A stretch of DNA of 64,000 bases, from positions 6,539-70,538 of IMG/VR virus record IMGVR_UViG_3300027563_000006; one strand, 5' to 3'. Position 1 is the first letter of the stretch. Each line of letters opens with the position of its first letter. Positions 60,353-64,000 of this stretch are shown here, piece after piece. The notes beneath the pieces were generated by a model, which had not been told where the DNA came from, did no database searches, and was given only the letters and a program-made list of their open reading frames with translations. Source of the stretch: a virus. Taxonomy: Duplodnaviria > Caudoviricetes. Made by a program: the position numbers and the translations under genes.

Positions 60353-61108
60353 ATGAAACAACCCAAGATTGTAACCATCGGAACCCCCGCTTACGGCGGC
60401 CAGGTAACCAGCGGCTTCGCCACCGCACTGGCTGCGTCAGTCAGCCTATTTCAAAACTACAACATGGAACTGCATTGTATTCTTTTGACTGGACACTCCG
60501 TAATTCAAATGGCCCGCAATCGGGTGCTCCGCGAGTTTCTGAAGACCGACAGCGAGATGCTTGTTTGGATTGACTCCGACATTTCATGGAACCCCATGGA
60601 TTTGCTTAAACTTTGCTTGCATGAGGAAGAAGTTGTTGGAGCAACTTATCGGAAGAAGCTTGCCACTACTACCGAGTTTACTGTGCAGTTGAAGCGCGGA
60701 AACCTTGACCCCGACGATCGCGGCCTGCTTGAAGTTGACCGCATCGGTACCGGATTCCTTCGCGTGACCCGCAAAGCCCTTGAAGATTTGACCAAGGACT
60801 GCAATCATCTCGACCTATACAACAAGGCCAGCGAGTCCCATACGATTGGCGGATCGGGCAAGTATCAGGATTCCCAGACCGAGTTTATCCACAATGTGTT
60901 TGAGGTTGGAATTTACAAAGGCGAGTTCCTTTCTGAGGACTTCATCTTTTGCGAGAAGCTTAAAGAGAAGGGCTACAAGATTATGATGGATACCAAAATT
61001 GATCTTGGCCACGAAGGACCCTACACATACCGTGGAAGCATTTCCCATTTCCTGAACTACCTCAAAGAAACGGATGTTGAGCCCGATGGTAAAGACAAAG
61101 TGGATTGA
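60353..61108 (+). CDS. GT-A fold (GT2-like) glycosyltransferase-like protein
   Basis: IGTPAYGG, ARN, LVWIDSDISW, IGTGFL, SEDFIFC, DLGHEG. Confidence 0.75.
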   Translation: MKQPKIVTIGTPAYGGQVTSGFATALAASVSLFQNYNMELHCILLTGHSVIQMARNRVLREFLKTDSEMLVWIDSDISWNPMDLLKLCLHEEEVVGATYRKKLATTTEFTVQLKRGNLDPDDRGLLEVDRIGTGFLRVTRKALEDLTKDCNHLDLYNKASESHTIGGSGKYQDSQTEFIHNVFEVGIYKGEFLSEDFIFCEKLKEKGYKIMMDTKIDLGHEGPYTYRGSISHFLNYLKETDVEPDGKDKVD

Positions 61109-61499
61109 CCTAGCCATGCGGCTGGCTGACGCCGCGGCCAAAACTAGCCAGGATCAGTTCGTCCGAGTTGGTGCAGCAGTCCTTCGACAAGACGGATCGG
61201 TTTGCGGGATTGGGTACAACGGATATCCCCCGGGTTTTGAATTGACCCCCAACGAATCCCAGGACCGCGACTACCGGCGAGACTTTATGGTCCATGCCGA
61301 GACTAACGCCCTTGCTTACAGTCGTCCTGGCGAGCCCCACCTTTTGGCCGTCACTTATCCACCCTGTAAAGCTTGCGTCTTAGAGGCCGTTCGATATGGC
61401 GTTGAGTACATTGCTTACCGCGAGAACGAGAAGTGTCCCATATTTCCATCTGACTATTTGGCGGCCCGGCTTGGCGTCACTTTGATTGCCGAAAAATAA
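61086..61499 (+). CDS. dCMP deaminase
   Basis: VGAA...GYNG, HAETNAL, PCKAC zinc motifs. Confidence 0.9.
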   Translation: MVKTKWIDLAMRLADAAAKTSQDQFVRVGAAVLRQDGSVCGIGYNGYPPGFELTPNESQDRDYRRDFMVHAETNALAYSRPGEPHLLAVTYPPCKACVLEAVRYGVEYIAYRENEKCPIFPSDYLAARLGVTLIAEK

Positions 61500-61548
61500 A
61501 ATAAATTTAATTTTTAAAGTACATACAACAGTATTATGGCTGGCTGGA

Positions 61549-61635
61549 AGGGGGGTGGGGGAGGGGGTGCGTATAGGGTTTGTCCCGCAAACCATACCCC
61601 CGATAGGGGGAGGGGGAGGGGGGAAACATAAAGGA
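61549..61635 (+). promoter_or_regulatory. G-run/hairpin module upstream of early-type gene
   Basis: Six runs of 5-6 G; CCCCC-GATA-GGGGG mini-hairpin; TAGGGGGAGGGG shared with 62759. Confidence 0.45.
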
Positions 61636-61645
61636 AACAAATCAA

Positions 61646-62074
61646 ATGGAAACCACACTAGTAACTACTCAAGCCTCAATCGAAATCAAACCCAGTCGTA
61701 TTGCTCCCAAGAGCAAGCGAACACTAAAGGCGGTGTTCGGTAATTGGCACGGCGAAGCATTAGTCACCGAAGCAGGGAGACTCTGCCCCCGCAAGGAGTT
61801 TGGTATTGTCACCGATACCAGAGGCGTGCAACTCGCTACCCGCTACGATGAAGCGGTGCAGGCGTGGACAACCCTTGGGATGGCGAAGATGTCCCACGAG
61901 TCCACGGAATTATCGGCAGGGAAACGCTCCCTCGTCAAGATGTTCCACGACCCGAAGAACGGGAGACTCACCCTCATCACTGCCCCAGCCAATAAGGATT
62001 TGAAATTGGTCAAGCAGATGAAGGATGCAGGATGCACCGAGGAACAGATCGAGGCGGTGCTAGCCAAGAGGTAA
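61646..62074 (+). CDS. hypothetical protein (142 aa)
   Basis: SD aaagga; bounded by G-rich module and terminator. Confidence 0.75.
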   Translation: METTLVTTQASIEIKPSRIAPKSKRTLKAVFGNWHGEALVTEAGRLCPRKEFGIVTDTRGVQLATRYDEAVQAWTTLGMAKMSHESTELSAGKRSLVKMFHDPKNGRLTLITAPANKDLKLVKQMKDAGCTEEQIEAVLAKR

Positions 62075-62083
62075 GGAAACACT

Positions 62084-62121
62084 GGAGAGGGGGGAGGGAA
62101 ACCTCCCCCCTCCCCTTTTTA
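62084..62121 (+). terminator. intrinsic terminator
   Basis: gaggggggagg-gaaa-cctcccccctc followed by T-run. Confidence 0.8.
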
Positions 62122-62162
62122 TTTCAAAGAATCCAAGAATCTTAGAATCTATGATACCAAGC

Positions 62163-62627
62163 TTAACCAGCTGTAATGTCGATGACAGGTTTCATCGCAT
62201 CGTCGTTTCGAAGAACCGCGAGGTTCACGATCGTCTTGCCGTTGCTTCCTTGATTCTGCGAAGCCAAGCCCAATGCAGGGCGAGCTATCTTGTCCACCTT
62301 CTCGAGCACATCGATATGTTCACGCAATTCTTTCCTGCTTCCAGGCATCTCGGATTCGAGGACGTCCAAACTATGGTCAACTTGATTAGCGATCCTCGAC
62401 AGATAAAGAGCCTGCTTATCGGTAGCAGTCTGAACAATCTGCTTATCAACTCTCTGTTTTATCTGAACAATATTCTCCAACTTCCGTGCAACCCACTTGC
62501 ATCTCCTCGATCTACTATCCAAAGTGTTGATGCTGATACCATACTGCGATGCAATGAAGCTACGACTCTTGCCTCCAACGAAGTCTCTTTCTACTGCTTT
62601 CCAGTCTATAGCCAAGGCTTTAGGCAT
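62163..62627 (-). CDS. putative terminase small subunit (N-terminal HTH)
   Basis: IDWKAVERDF..G.S...IASQYGISINTLDSRSRRCKW pattern typical of TerS HTH, then coiled coil. Confidence 0.6.
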   Translation of the reverse strand: MPKALAIDWKAVERDFVGGKSRSFIASQYGISINTLDSRSRRCKWVARKLENIVQIKQRVDKQIVQTATDKQALYLSRIANQVDHSLDVLESEMPGSRKELREHIDVLEKVDKIARPALGLASQNQGSNGKTIVNLAVLRNDDAMKPVIDITAG

Positions 62628-62633
62628 AAGCCA

Positions 62634-62662
62634 AGCTTATCGGACATTGTGCATAAGGTCAA
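62634..62662 (-). promoter_or_regulatory. sigma70-like promoter, leaderless
   Basis: TTGACC-N17-TAAGCT, 6 nt before ATG at 62627. Confidence 0.55.
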
Positions 62663-62729
62663 TGCATCTTTGAATCAAGGATTCAATGAATCCGTGCATC
62701 CTGTGCACCAGCTTTCATCAGTCAATACA

Positions 62730-62790
62730 CTCCCCCTCTACCTATCGGGTCGTTCCCGTAGGGGGAGGGGAAGCTCGGAGCGTATAAGGA
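62730..62790 (+). promoter_or_regulatory. hairpin/G-rich module at start of early region
   Basis: ctccccc/gggggag stem, CCC-GTA-GGG, TAGGGGGAGGGG-N12-TATAAGG. Confidence 0.45.
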
Positions 62791-62824
62791 GTATGGAAGC
62801 AACCCTAACCCAAGGAGAAAACAA

Positions 62825-63310
62825 ATGAGTAACACATACCTTCAAGACTTTGGTCTGCTACGCAAGCAGATGAACGATCGAGAGGTCAACGACCCTATGT
62901 CTGGCAGTGCCAGATGGGAGGACTTGCAGATGGACTTACGCAAGCCTCATATCCCACAGCCTCGCAGAGCGTCAATGCCTGCCAACCGCAAGCTTAAGAT
63001 TGGTGACCTTGAAATCAGTATCAAGAAGCCCGATGCCAAGCTGACTATGGCTTTTGGGTTCGTGACCACAGGCATCTACAAGCATAAGATGGTTACCCCC
63101 AAGGCTCATACCTACCAGCGTTCCTTGCAGGAGTCCCGCGGTCAGGTTCGTGACCCCAAGGATGCAGAGCTTTACTGCCCCTATGGTTCGGTGGCCGATG
63201 CCATCAAGCGGTATGTCCGCAAGGCTAGGTTCTCCACCATTCCAAGCGTGGCCGACCGCTATCGCCAGAAGATCAAGACCCTATGGCCAGTGCGGAGGGT
63301 CGGGCGATGA
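62825..63310 (+). CDS. hypothetical basic protein (161 aa)
   Basis: SD aaggag; first gene of early block. Confidence 0.7.
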   Translation: MSNTYLQDFGLLRKQMNDREVNDPMSGSARWEDLQMDLRKPHIPQPRRASMPANRKLKIGDLEISIKKPDAKLTMAFGFVTTGIYKHKMVTPKAHTYQRSLQESRGQVRDPKDAELYCPYGSVADAIKRYVRKARFSTIPSVADRYRQKIKTLWPVRRVGR

Positions 63311-63558
63311 AGTGTGATTACTGCAACGACCCGATCGAAGCTGAGCGTATCAACCTAGGCTTCACCAAGTGCAAGGGCTGTGCGTTCCTGCACCCCGAAG
63401 CCAAGGTGCTTGGGGCGATGGTCTATTCAGATAAGACGGGTGGGGCAATCAATGTGATGAGTCCTGAAAGCTTTGATAACTACAAACGAATTTCGCGCAG
63501 GGTCGGTCAGCGTTCAGCGCTTCGGAATGTGCTGGACAATGGCGGTCGCTCGCAATAA
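63307..63558 (+). CDS. DksA/TraR-like C4 zinc-finger protein
   Basis: CDYC...IEAER...TKCKGC at N-terminus; ATGA overlap. Confidence 0.5.
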   Translation: MKCDYCNDPIEAERINLGFTKCKGCAFLHPEAKVLGAMVYSDKTGGAINVMSPESFDNYKRISRRVGQRSALRNVLDNGGRSQ

Positions 63559-63577
63559 CCAAAAGGAAATACATACA

Positions 63578-63781
63578 ATGAACAAAGAGATCAACGGCCA
63601 GACCCGCTGGAGTCCCGAGCAGTTCGGGGCTTTCGCCGCGGGCACAGCGGAGGGTGCAGACCCTACCAAGACTGCATGCCCTGTTTGCAAGGGCACGGGA
63701 ATTGACTTTAAACATCTGTGGCCAGACGGGACACCAGCTTACTGCGAGGAATGTGGTGGCTACGGGGAGGTAAACAAATGA
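63578..63781 (+). CDS. small DnaJ-type zinc-finger protein
   Basis: CPVCKGTG and CEECGGYG; SD aaagga. Confidence 0.65.
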   Translation: MNKEINGQTRWSPEQFGAFAAGTAEGADPTKTACPVCKGTGIDFKHLWPDGTPAYCEECGGYGEVNK

Positions 63782-64000
63782 GCGCGGTTCTACCATTAGA
63801 TGCTTACATTCAACTCAACGGAGTCGAGTACTACGGAAAGCTAGTTAAGTCTGGCTGCCGTAACCACCACCCCATGTCGGAGTATGTCGGCAAGCGGGCG
63901 TTTGATATGTCCAAGCTACCCTCGGACGATAGCTGGACGCACTGGTACATCTTCGAATCCGAGATGCCATTGCCCAACTTCTATGACTCTACGTTCATTC
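63778..64000 (+). CDS. hypothetical protein (3'-truncated)
   Basis: SD ggagg; ATGA overlap; frame open to window end. Confidence 0.6.
   Translation, partial: MSAVLPLDAYIQLNGVEYYGKLVKSGCRNHHPMSEYVGKRAFDMSKLPSDDSWTHWYIFESEMPLPNFYDSTFI

Noticed and set aside
62151-62828. 225-aa + strand ORF over the TerS-like gene
   Set aside because: Antisense shadow; only its last 11 codons (62793-62828, SD-led) look potentially real
1-64000. tRNA genes, CRISPR array, integrase, reverse transcriptase/DGR, stop-codon reassignment
   Set aside because: No cloverleaf, array, recombinase or RT motifs seen by eye; long genes are intact in the standard code and use all three stops. Lifestyle cannot be fixed from this partial genome

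Overview
The whole window is part of one tailed-phage genome with podovirus-type architecture: no tape-measure gene, no integrase, no tRNA or CRISPR seen; host not identifiable from sequence alone. It has three blocks. (1) A + strand 'early' block (61.6-64 kb and 1-5.8 kb) with Shine-Dalgarno-led small genes, rIIA/rIIB, a GP88-like Fe-S protein and an HhH glycosylase-like gene. (2) A - strand morphogenesis block (45.3 to 5.9 kb): TerL, portal, scaffold, major capsid, lysis genes, sulfotransferase, tail fibres, nozzle/adaptor, two ejection-type proteins, a 3833-aa polyvalent protein and a cluster of small basic proteins. (3) A + strand replication/accessory block (45.4-61.5 kb): resolvase, SF2 helicase, split DUF2800-like exonuclease, SSB, family A polymerase, primase-helicase, 3D-domain protein, trypsin-like protease, methyltransferase, three GT-A-like proteins and dCMP deaminase. 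The most striking candidate system is an ECF/sigma70-like domain (region 2 and region 4 motifs) embedded in the giant putative ejected protein, beside a strawberry-notch-like helicase and a zincin-like motif. This suggests a virion-delivered transcription factor, and G-rich modules precede two early genes. Also notable: many TTGAC-N-(C/T)AnnnT promoters placed 6-7 nt before start codons (leaderless), a palindromic double -35 at the replication/packaging divergence, a twin identical-loop RNA leader on the capsid gene, and a possible glycosylation/sulfation kit. All family calls are by-eye motif recognition, not database searches.
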